Assembly (NCBI GenBank): GCA_038891095.1
Contig: JAWAEV010000011.1
Location: forward strand, 1 to 16,495
Direction of reading: 5' to 3'
DNA from: Candidatus Altiarchaeota archaeon
GTDB taxonomy: Archaea; Altiarchaeota; Altiarchaeia; IMC4; QMZM01
DNA length: 16,495 nt
Shown here: positions 9,091-16,411 of the stretch, one piece after another
Layout of the letters: the number at the start of each line of letters is the position of its first letter
How positions within the stretch are numbered: position 1 is the stretch's first letter
Translations under genes and position numbers: made by a program
Notes under the pieces: generated by a model
Seen by the model: the letters and a program-made list of their open reading frames with translations, nothing else
Databases searched by the model: none
What the model was told of the DNA's origin: nothing

Positions 9091-10005
9091 TTATTTACCT
9101 GTAAAAAATTGCCTAATCTTTTCAATTATTGTCAAGGAAGCCTCTTCTTGTGCTTCATAAGTTGACGCTCCTAAGTGAGGAGTTAAAACGACATTTTCAA
9201 GTTTTAATAAAGGGGAATCTTTTGGTGGTTCTTCCTTGAATACATCTAATGCAGCGCCTCTTATTTTTCCACTACTCAAAGCCTCGAAGAGAGCGTATTC
9301 ATCAACAACTTCACCACGAGAAAAATTTAAAAGAACTGCTGAATTTTTCATCTTTCCAATTTTTTCCTTGTTTAATAGATTTCTTGTTTCTTCAGTGAGG
9401 GGAACATGTAATGTCACTATATCTGAATTTTCAATCAATTCATCAAGAGAAACTTTCTTCACACCTTCATTCTCAGCATCCTTTTTATTTAGTTTAGGGT
9501 CATAAGCTAAGATTTTCATCCCAAATGCCTTAGCTTTTTTTGCAACATCTTTGCCAATATTTCCAAACCCAATAACGCCAATTGTTTTCCCCTTAAGTGA
9601 ATAACCCATAAATTTTGTCCTTTCCCATTTTCCTTCCCTTACTGATTTATCTGCCTTTAAAATTCCTCTCAAAAGACAAATTAAAGAACCAAATACAAGC
9701 TCTGCAACTGAGGAAGTTGCTGCTTCTGGTGAATTTAGAATCACTATACCTTTCTCATCTGCTGCCTTTAAATCAATATTATCTAAACCGACACCAGCTC
9801 TACCAATAACCTTTAATTTGCTTTTTTCTATAACATCTCTTGTAACTTTTGTTCCGCTGCGAACAACTATAGCATCAAAATTTTCTATCTTCTTTAGCAA
9901 CTCATCATGTGAAATTCCATAAGCTAATTCAACATCTGCAAATTTTTTTGCCTCATTTACTGCTTTCTCATCAAGTTTATCAGTAATCAAAATTTTTGGT
10001 TTCAT
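9091..10005 (-). CDS. serA: D-2-hydroxyacid dehydrogenase, probably short (no ASB/ACT domain) D-3-phosphoglycerate dehydrogenase
   Basis: 304 aa with VVRSGTKV, GRAGVGLDNID, GVIGFGNIG, LHVPLT, SRGEVVDE, AALDVF and TPHLGAST. The family is secure; the substrate is inferred. Confidence 0.8.
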   Translation of the reverse strand: MKPKILITDKLDEKAVNEAKKFADVELAYGISHDELLKKIENFDAIVVRSGTKVTRDVIEKSKLKVIGRAGVGLDNIDLKAADEKGIVILNSPEAATSSVAELVFGSLICLLRGILKADKSVREGKWERTKFMGYSLKGKTIGVIGFGNIGKDVAKKAKAFGMKILAYDPKLNKKDAENEGVKKVSLDELIENSDIVTLHVPLTEETRNLLNKEKIGKMKNSAVLLNFSRGEVVDEYALFEALSSGKIRGAALDVFKEEPPKDSPLLKLENVVLTPHLGASTYEAQEEASLTIIEKIRQFFTGK

Positions 10006-10190
10006 GGTAAATAATTAAAAGAAAGAGAATAAATTTTGGTAGAAAATTAACAAATGAACCTTCTATAGCAATAAACAGTCATTATTCCTAAATCGAAATT
10101 CAACTTCAAATGTGGAAAATCTTGCGAAAGGATCAGAATAATATTTCAATTTGGCTTTTTCTTCAGTAATATCCTCGTTAGATTTTATCT
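9983..10190. repeat. Direct repeat copy 1 (208 bp): serA 5' end plus upstream region
   Basis: Matches 11302-11509 at offset 1319 with one mismatch (G10006 vs A11325), by direct reading. Confidence 0.97.
10024..10040 (-). promoter_or_regulatory. Putative BRE/TATA element of the serA-polB-polC operon (duplicated at 11343-11359)
   Basis: Minus strand reads ACCAAAA-TTTATT, with the TATA-like hexamer 23-28 nt upstream of the serA ATG and no SD sequence. This fits a leaderless archaeal transcript. Confidence 0.4.
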
Positions 10191-10241
10191 TGTTAGGATT
10201 GAACTTGCCCATTTCCGATAATTTAATTTAAGTCTACATTG

Positions 10242-10542
10242 CTAATCTTCAATGTTAATTCCCAATTGTTTTAAGGCTTCCTTTATTCTATCATATTCTT
10301 CCTTTTCTATAGCCCCCTTCCGTGCAACTATCTTAATCTCTACATCATCAAACTTAGATTGAATATAATTTAAGAGTCCTAAAATCTGAGAAACTTTGCC
10401 TTTTGGAATTTTTATCAAAGGTAATTCTAATCTTGAGATGGCTTCTTTTTTAGTTCCCATAAATCAGTGGCAAAGATGTCCATTGTTAGTCTACCTTTTA
10501 GTATATGCTATGTTGAACCGCTATTATATGAAAAGGTTTCAT
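10242..10542 (-). pseudogene. Internally deleted, frameshifted DUF499-family ATPase remnant (N-terminus joined to C-terminus)
   Basis: GAGGAG (10555-10550) precedes ATG 10542: MKPFHIIAVQH, then a frameshift to HILKGRLTMDIFATDLWE. This resembles the DUF499 start as I recall it (MKPFHTIAIPHxDILEGRLTMDVFAADLWEV). It runs directly into the 72-aa ORF 10242-10460 (IPKGKVSQILGLLNYIQSKF...IKEALKQLGI), which resembles DUF499 C-termini. No P-loop remains. Confidence 0.75.
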
Positions 10543-10882
10543 TTTTCATCTCCTCGGCTATTTTTTCAAAAAATGGCCTTATAGTTGGTAATCGCTCAAC
10601 AACGACCTTCCATATAATTTCAAGGTCAACACCATGATATTCATGTATTAATTTATCTCTCATTCCTGCCATTTCTTTCCATGGAATCTCGCCATACTTT
10701 TTCTTAATATCTTTTGGCACATTTTTAGCAGCCTCTCCAATTATCTCAAGGTTTCTAATAATAGCATCTACAGTTTTTCTGTCTTTTGCAAAATCTTCGA
10801 AAGCGTAACCTTCCACAAAACTTTCAATCGCCTTAATCGAATCCAAAATATCAAGAATATAATGCCTATAATCTCTTTTCAT
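10508..10882 (-). CDS. hepT: HepT-like HEPN ribonuclease toxin (DUF86 family)
   Basis: 124 aa with DAIIRNLEIIGEA, IPWKEMAGMRDKLIHEY (intact RX4HXY) and VDLEIIW. ATGA overlap with the upstream MNT gene. Confidence 0.93.
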   Translation of the reverse strand: MKRDYRHYILDILDSIKAIESFVEGYAFEDFAKDRKTVDAIIRNLEIIGEAAKNVPKDIKKKYGEIPWKEMAGMRDKLIHEYHGVDLEIIWKVVVERLPTIRPFFEKIAEEMKNETFSYNSGST

Positions 10883-11172
10883 ACTGCAATAACCTCCTTT
10901 AGAATACGTTCTCCTATGTAGGGCTTGAGAGCTTTTTTTGAAACAAGGTCCACTTTTACACCTAGAAGTTTGCTTAGCTCCTCTTCAAATTTAATGAATT
11001 CAAATAAATCTATGGGCTCGCTAAACTCAACTAAAATATCGATATCGCTTGTTTTTTTCTGCTCTCCTCTCACAAAAGAACCAAATATGCCAATATATTT
11101 AACATTATATTTTTTTCTTAGTTCATCTTTTTGCTGAAGTAATTTTTCTTTAAGCTCACTTATAGTGTTCAT
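10879..11172 (-). CDS. mntA: MntA-like minimal nucleotidyltransferase antitoxin
   Basis: 97 aa with IGIFGSFVRGEQKKTSDIDILVEF (GSX10DXD) and LGVKVDLV. Lies directly upstream of the HEPN gene. Confidence 0.94.
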   Translation of the reverse strand: MNTISELKEKLLQQKDELRKKYNVKYIGIFGSFVRGEQKKTSDIDILVEFSEPIDLFEFIKFEEELSKLLGVKVDLVSKKALKPYIGERILKEVIAV

Positions 11173-11324
11173 TTTACCCAGCTTCCTAATTTACTTTGGG
11201 ATTTTAAGTTTTTAAATTCTTCCATTAGTCTTTCCTTCTTTCCTGAAGGGAAGCATCCTTCTAATAATTTTTCTCCTTGCTCTAATTTGGTAAGTCTGTC
11301 TGTAATCAAAATTTTTGGTTTCAT
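11169..11324 (-). pseudogene. 51-aa chimeric ORF: duplicated serA N-terminus fused to a degenerate DUF1156-like methylase C-terminal tail
   Basis: Hand translation: MKPKILITDRLTKLEQGEKLLEGCFPSGKKERLMEEFKNLKSQSKLGSWVK*. The first 9 residues equal SerA's MKPKILITD. An adjacent frame at 11293-11270 reads LPN*SKEK, which with KLLEG..SGK.ERL resembles the DUF1156 tail as I recall it (TLPNESKEKKLLDGFLxGKER). The stop overlaps the mntA ATG (ATGA). Confidence 0.6.
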
Positions 11325-11509
11325 AGTAAATAATTAAAAGAAAGAGAATAAATTTTGGTAGAAAATTAACAAATGAACCTTCTATAGCAATAAACAGTCA
11401 TTATTCCTAAATCGAAATTCAACTTCAAATGTGGAAAATCTTGCGAAAGGATCAGAATAATATTTCAATTTGGCTTTTTCTTCAGTAATATCCTCGTTAG
11501 ATTTTATCT
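11302..11509. repeat. Direct repeat copy 2 (208 bp), including the last 13 nt of res
   Basis: 207/208 identical to 9983-10190. Contains the res stop codon (11497-11499) and a copy of the serA start codon at 11324. Confidence 0.97.
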
Positions 11510-14040
11510 CTTTCGTCTTTAACCACTTGTTTGTGTGCCCCAACTAACTCATCAAAAGTCTTAAAATCATGGCTTTCGAATAAACTCTGGTCAATTCGTA
11601 TAAAATTCCATTTTTTACCTGTTAATTTTGTTAAATCTTCACACCACTTTTTAGCTCTTTCATCTTTTCTTGGAACATCTATATCTACCAATCCTTTAGT
11701 TTCAACAAAATAGAATTCGCCTTTTTCAGTTTCTACAATATAATCTGGATAATATTGTTTTATTACACCAGAAGACGATAAATATTCAGCATAAATTCCT
11801 ATTTTTCTTTCAGGAATCTTAAAAAACTTTTTTACATCTTCTACCTTATCCAGAAACTTACAAAAATCCACCTCCAGATTATTACTGCATGGCTGATAGT
11901 TTAAAACTGATTTTTCTGCGGGATAAACTTGTCTGGACCAAACAAATGGCTTTGTATCCTTCAATTCTAGATTATCTAATACTTTTGGTTCCTGCTGTTT
12001 AATTGATATTTTCTTTAATTCCTTTGAAAACAAATTTATCAGAAACTCTTCTGAATTTGGCTCACTTAAAACAAAAAGGACCCTTGGATCTCCCAAATCT
12101 ACCTCTTGTTTAAACATTTTTTTGCTGACATACTTTTTTATGAATGGGTATAAAATTGGGAAATTCGTTGTATCCGGTAGTCTTATTTCTTTTAGAATTT
12201 TATGGGTATAATATGATAAAACGGAATTTGAATCTTGTGGGACTGATAAAGTCCATTGTCTTTCAACAACTATTGCTTTTGTGAGCATGTCTTCTGCAAT
12301 ATATTTTGTTTTTAAGACTTTATTCTGTAATTCAAAATTACCTTTTGGTAGCTTATCAAAATCAACTTTGCTTAAATCAAGCTCTTTTCTTTCAATTCTC
12401 GGCGTTAAAATTGGAATTGTTATGTTAAATTTATCAGCTTTTTTCTCATCAACAAAGATTGTTGTCATATCAAGCTCTCTATCTACATCAAAAGTCGCTA
12501 ATTCAATGCCTTCCTGCTGCTCCAATTCTTCAAGAATCTGGATTAATCCCTTTGGCCCAATTACTTCGAGCATATTAACATAGTTTCCGGCAGGTTGATC
12601 TGGAAACATCTTTCTTAACCCTCTACCTATAACTTGCTCTGGTAGAACCTTTCTTTTTGAGGTGTAAGAGCGCAAACCAACCACAATTGTAACATTTCTT
12701 ACATCCCAGCCCTCATTAAGCATCATAACGCTAACAATTGCTTCATATTGCTCGCCTTCATCTATATTTTTGGCAGCTTCTCTTGCTTTGTCTAAATCTG
12801 CTTCCACAATATCTCCATTAAGTTTTGTATGTATCAAAAGAACCTTATTTTTTAAGTCAGAAAGAGAATTTAAGTAATTAAAAACATCATCAGCAGCTTC
12901 TGTGTTTTCGCACATTATAAATAAGACGGGTTTTTTTCCTATTTTTTCAAGATTCTTTTTATATTCCCTCCATCTTCTTACTCCGGCATTTATCCAAGCC
13001 CTGTATCGTTCATGTGCTGCATTTGATGTAATTTCTCTTGCATTTTTTAAAATTCCTTTCATTGGTCTTTTTACTATATTCATCTCAATAGCTTCTGCTA
13101 ATGCGAAATCTACAATAATCCATGGGAATAATGAACCTGTTTCGGTTTTTGGAGTCGCAGAAAAATCAAGTTCAGCCCAAATACCCATATGAAATCGTTT
13201 GATCAGATTTTCGTTAAGTTTCAATAAAACCTTTTTCCAAGCTTTTTCAACATGATAAATATGGTGGGCTTCATCTTTTAGAATCATAATATCAGGACAA
13301 GAGGTTAAAACCTCTCTTATTCTGTTTGTTTCGCTGATTCTTTCTCTTTGGACATCTCTTAAGTCAAGAATTTCATTAACTTCCTCTTTCTTTTTTCGTT
13401 CTTCTAATTGTTGAATGTTTGTTAAAAATAAAACTTTTCCAGGAATTGTTGTTATTGGGTCTTCTCTTAAAATTATATTTAATTCCCAGTTCTCTTTCCA
13501 TTCTGTTGGAATAAATGGATATTTTCTAAATATCTTGTTTTCCTCAAAATCTCTTTTAAGTCTTTCATAAACTATAATGTTAGGAGCAATAAGCAGGAAT
13601 TTTGATGGATATTCTTCTTTATTTTCAAATAAGTTATTAAAATAAGCCCATACAATAGCCATCGCCATGACAAAAGTTTTTCCAGAACCAGTCGCCATCT
13701 TGAAAGCATAATTTGGATAAATGTCTATGCTTGGGTCATAACCATACATTGGGCCAGAGCCAAACTCTCTTGCCAAATCAACAAAATTCTTATTTTTCAG
13801 GACTTCTTTGACATAAATTAAAGTTTCAATTGCTTCTCTTTGCGCAAACCAAAACTCAAAAAGCTCACCATTTATAATATGGTCTTCTTCAAACCAGAAC
13901 TGCAATAATCTTTTTGTTGTTGGTGTTGTTCTTGGATAACCCTGTTCTCTCCAACTATAAACAACCTCTCTTAATTTGTTCACTAAATAAGTCTTGCTTG
14001 GTTTTCTTTTAGCTGGATTAAGAATGTCTGTAGGTTTCAT
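11497..14040 (-). CDS. res: Type III restriction endonuclease subunit (SF2 helicase/ATPase plus PD-(D/E)xK nuclease)
   Basis: 847 aa with AQREAIE, FKMATGSGKT (Walker A), DEAHH, SATP, MLNEGWDV, EQVIGRGLR and C-terminal YYPDYIV...VETKG. Confidence 0.93.
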   Translation of the reverse strand: MKPTDILNPAKRKPSKTYLVNKLREVVYSWREQGYPRTTPTTKRLLQFWFEEDHIINGELFEFWFAQREAIETLIYVKEVLKNKNFVDLAREFGSGPMYGYDPSIDIYPNYAFKMATGSGKTFVMAMAIVWAYFNNLFENKEEYPSKFLLIAPNIIVYERLKRDFEENKIFRKYPFIPTEWKENWELNIILREDPITTIPGKVLFLTNIQQLEERKKKEEVNEILDLRDVQRERISETNRIREVLTSCPDIMILKDEAHHIYHVEKAWKKVLLKLNENLIKRFHMGIWAELDFSATPKTETGSLFPWIIVDFALAEAIEMNIVKRPMKGILKNAREITSNAAHERYRAWINAGVRRWREYKKNLEKIGKKPVLFIMCENTEAADDVFNYLNSLSDLKNKVLLIHTKLNGDIVEADLDKAREAAKNIDEGEQYEAIVSVMMLNEGWDVRNVTIVVGLRSYTSKRKVLPEQVIGRGLRKMFPDQPAGNYVNMLEVIGPKGLIQILEELEQQEGIELATFDVDRELDMTTIFVDEKKADKFNITIPILTPRIERKELDLSKVDFDKLPKGNFELQNKVLKTKYIAEDMLTKAIVVERQWTLSVPQDSNSVLSYYTHKILKEIRLPDTTNFPILYPFIKKYVSKKMFKQEVDLGDPRVLFVLSEPNSEEFLINLFSKELKKISIKQQEPKVLDNLELKDTKPFVWSRQVYPAEKSVLNYQPCSNNLEVDFCKFLDKVEDVKKFFKIPERKIGIYAEYLSSSGVIKQYYPDYIVETEKGEFYFVETKGLVDIDVPRKDERAKKWCEDLTKLTGKKWNFIRIDQSLFESHDFKTFDELVGAHKQVVKDERDKI

Positions 14041-14498
14041 CCTATTACCTCTATTCTCTCCAAAAATTCTATATATTTTAAAGGAAAATTATGTTGTTTA
14101 GCTCCATCAATTAAATATTTCATATATCCACTAGAGGGTTTTAAACTATCATCAGTCATATTCTTTTGTGCGATATAAACTTGTGCCTTTACTTCTTTTT
14201 TATTTTTAAGAATAAGGACAGGAATTAATTGTCTATTGTAATGGTTCGGATAACCTTCATAATTATCCAATTTTAAAATATCTGCTTCTTCAATTTCATA
14301 AATTACACCATAAACTTCAGAATTTTTATCCGGTATTATATTAGCGTATCCTACGCCTTTATCTGAAGTTGCTCTTTTATTAAAAACTAATTTCCATCCT
14401 TTTACTACTGCAATATCCTCAGAAAAAATTTTTACACCTCTATTCACCATTCTGTTTTTGTCCATATTTGAGCCATAAGCAAAATAGAAAACTCTCAT
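14037..14498 (-). CDS. Gamma-glutamylcyclotransferase (GGCT/AIG2-like) family protein
   Basis: 153 aa with YFAYGSNM, GWKLVF, ANIIP, VYGVIYEI, LDNYEGYP (candidate catalytic Glu), PSSGYMKYLIDGA and FPLKYIEFL. ATGA overlaps with both mod and res. Confidence 0.92.
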   Translation of the reverse strand: MRVFYFAYGSNMDKNRMVNRGVKIFSEDIAVVKGWKLVFNKRATSDKGVGYANIIPDKNSEVYGVIYEIEEADILKLDNYEGYPNHYNRQLIPVLILKNKKEVKAQVYIAQKNMTDDSLKPSSGYMKYLIDGAKQHNFPLKYIEFLERIEVIG

Positions 14499-16372
14499 TT
14501 TATTCTTACCTCAATAATCTTATTGGTATCGTTTCCAAAAATATCAATAACTTTAACCATTATTTGATATTCTCCTACACTTTCATAAGTTTTTGTTGCT
14601 TCTACCTCTATTTTTGGTTCTTTTTTTGTTCTGTATGTCTGCCACTGATTATGGAAAGTATCACCTTTATAATCCCAGTCAATTGCCCAATAATCAATCA
14701 AGTCAGAATATTTCTTTATGCTGTCTTTTATCTCATCAAGCCAGTCAGAAGGTGGAACTTGAAAGTCAGTTATCTTAATCGTGACTTTTCTTCCTTCTAT
14801 TTTTGGCTCAATTTCAAGATAAGAAACCTCACTAAACCTTATATTTTTCAAAATCTTTTCATCAATAACCTGCTCTGGAATTTTTAACAGCCTTAAATCA
14901 AAACCAACAAGAGCAGATTTTATCTCATTAACAGATGGAATTTGAATTAGTCTTAAGTCAATCTTGTGCTCTTTGGCTAATTGTTTAGCCAAATCATTAA
15001 CTTCATAACTCCACTCCCAACCAAGAATATCAAGCTTTGTTATCTTGTTGTCAACGCATTCTTTTATTGTGTTCCTGATTTCTTCCATGCTTACAGGAGC
15101 ATTTAAAGAGCCAACATGAACAAGCCTTATTCCTTTCTTTCCATGAATCCATTTAAACCCTGTTATAGGCTCTGCACCATAAAGCTTAAGCATAAAAATA
15201 AGATAATCAAAAGGCTTATCATTCAAATATTCAAGCTCGTAATTACCAATGTTTAAAATCTCAAATGGGCGGGCTGGTTTGCCATAAACCTTATTTTCAT
15301 CTTTATCAGCCAACAAGTCTTTAGAATTATGAATATCCATTAATCTCTTTCTTGTTATGTGAATAGCAAATTTTGATAAATCACACATAATCCATCTTCT
15401 TCCTAATTTCTCTGCTACTGCCCCTGTTGTTCCAGAACCACAGAAGAAATCTGCGACGATGTCGCCTGGATTAGAAGAGGCAAGGATAATACGCTTTAAG
15501 AGGGCTTCGGGTTTTTGAGTTTCTATTCCAGTATGCTCTCTTTTCTCAATGCCCCATTTTTGGGCAGGAGGTATTTCTTTCCATACATCTGTAATAGCTA
15601 ATCCTTTGCGCTTCATTTTTTCTGGATATTTTGTTAAATCCTCCTCAGGATAAGGCATATACATTTTATTAAAAACAAAACTATCCGTTTTGGAATAAAA
15701 TAATATTGTATCGTGACCTCTAATCCAATTTGGTGCTAATGATTTAAATCCAGACGGATTTCCCAAATCCCATATTATTTCTCTTTGAAAATTTTCGTAC
15801 CCAAAAATTTCATCCATCATTACTTTTACATAATGTCCTACGTGCCAGTCAAGATGAACATAAATACTTCCATTATCAGCTAATAGTTCTTTCATTAAAA
15901 CTAATCTCTCATACATGTATTTTAGATAAGAAGCTATGCCGCCTGACCAAGTATCTCTATAAGCTTTTTCTTCTATTATTGATGGTTCTTTCATTACTTC
16001 TTCATCTCCGATTTTGGTTTTAACAGTAAAATCTGCTCCTGTAAAGAATGGCGGGTCTATATAAATTAGGTTTATTTTTCCACCCCACCCCTGATTAAGC
16101 AAAGAACTCATCACTAACTTGTTATCCCCCCAAATTAAGAGGTTTTTCCAGTCTTTTGGATAGTTTTCAGGCCACTCGTTCTCAGGAAATAAAGATTTTT
16201 GCGCTCCACCTTTAACTCTCGGCTGGTTTATTGTTTCTACCTTTTGAAAAGCAAGATTTGGCTTTTCAATGTTTATTGTTGCTTTTTTTCTCAACTCAAA
16301 AAATTCCTTAAACCAGTTTTCAGGGTATTTTCCGTTCCAGAGCAATTCAGTATATTTTTTGTTGTTTTCCAT
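14495..16372 (-). CDS. mod: Type III R-M modification subunit (beta-class amino-methyltransferase)
   Basis: 625 aa with LIWGDNK, motif IV YIDPPF, GSIYVHLDWH, TQKPEALLKRII and motif I DFFCGSGTT following motif IV (beta order). C-terminal IDYWAIDWDY...VKVIDIFGND is typical of type III Mod-like proteins. Confidence 0.93.
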   Translation of the reverse strand: MENNKKYTELLWNGKYPENWFKEFFELRKKATINIEKPNLAFQKVETINQPRVKGGAQKSLFPENEWPENYPKDWKNLLIWGDNKLVMSSLLNQGWGGKINLIYIDPPFFTGADFTVKTKIGDEEVMKEPSIIEEKAYRDTWSGGIASYLKYMYERLVLMKELLADNGSIYVHLDWHVGHYVKVMMDEIFGYENFQREIIWDLGNPSGFKSLAPNWIRGHDTILFYSKTDSFVFNKMYMPYPEEDLTKYPEKMKRKGLAITDVWKEIPPAQKWGIEKREHTGIETQKPEALLKRIILASSNPGDIVADFFCGSGTTGAVAEKLGRRWIMCDLSKFAIHITRKRLMDIHNSKDLLADKDENKVYGKPARPFEILNIGNYELEYLNDKPFDYLIFMLKLYGAEPITGFKWIHGKKGIRLVHVGSLNAPVSMEEIRNTIKECVDNKITKLDILGWEWSYEVNDLAKQLAKEHKIDLRLIQIPSVNEIKSALVGFDLRLLKIPEQVIDEKILKNIRFSEVSYLEIEPKIEGRKVTIKITDFQVPPSDWLDEIKDSIKKYSDLIDYWAIDWDYKGDTFHNQWQTYRTKKEPKIEVEATKTYESVGEYQIMVKVIDIFGNDTNKIIEVRIK

Positions 16373-16411
16373 TTTTACACCGTCTCTTTATCCTTTTTAT
16401 CAAGTTGCATT

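Noticed and set aside
10063-10212. 49-aa minus-strand ORF MGKFNPNKIKSNEDITEEKAKLKYYSDPF... crossing the edge of repeat copy 1
   Set aside because: It has no recognisable motif or clear SD and its start is absent from copy 2. It could be a remnant but cannot be supported as a gene.
10191-11301. IS element or transposon explanation for the cassette
   Set aside because: No transposase or integrase ORF and no terminal inverted repeats were seen, and 208 bp is far longer than a typical target-site duplication.
933-14887. Other short ORFs antisense to the main genes (e.g. 933-1244, 1338-1745, 2262-2588, 5607-6020, 12281-12583, 14468-14887)
   Set aside because: They lie opposite well-supported genes and have the Ser/Phe/Ile-rich composition typical of antisense frames, with no motifs.
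14495-16372. Phase-variable mod gene
   Set aside because: I saw no simple-sequence repeat tract beyond short A/T runs expected at this AT content, and the ORF is intact.
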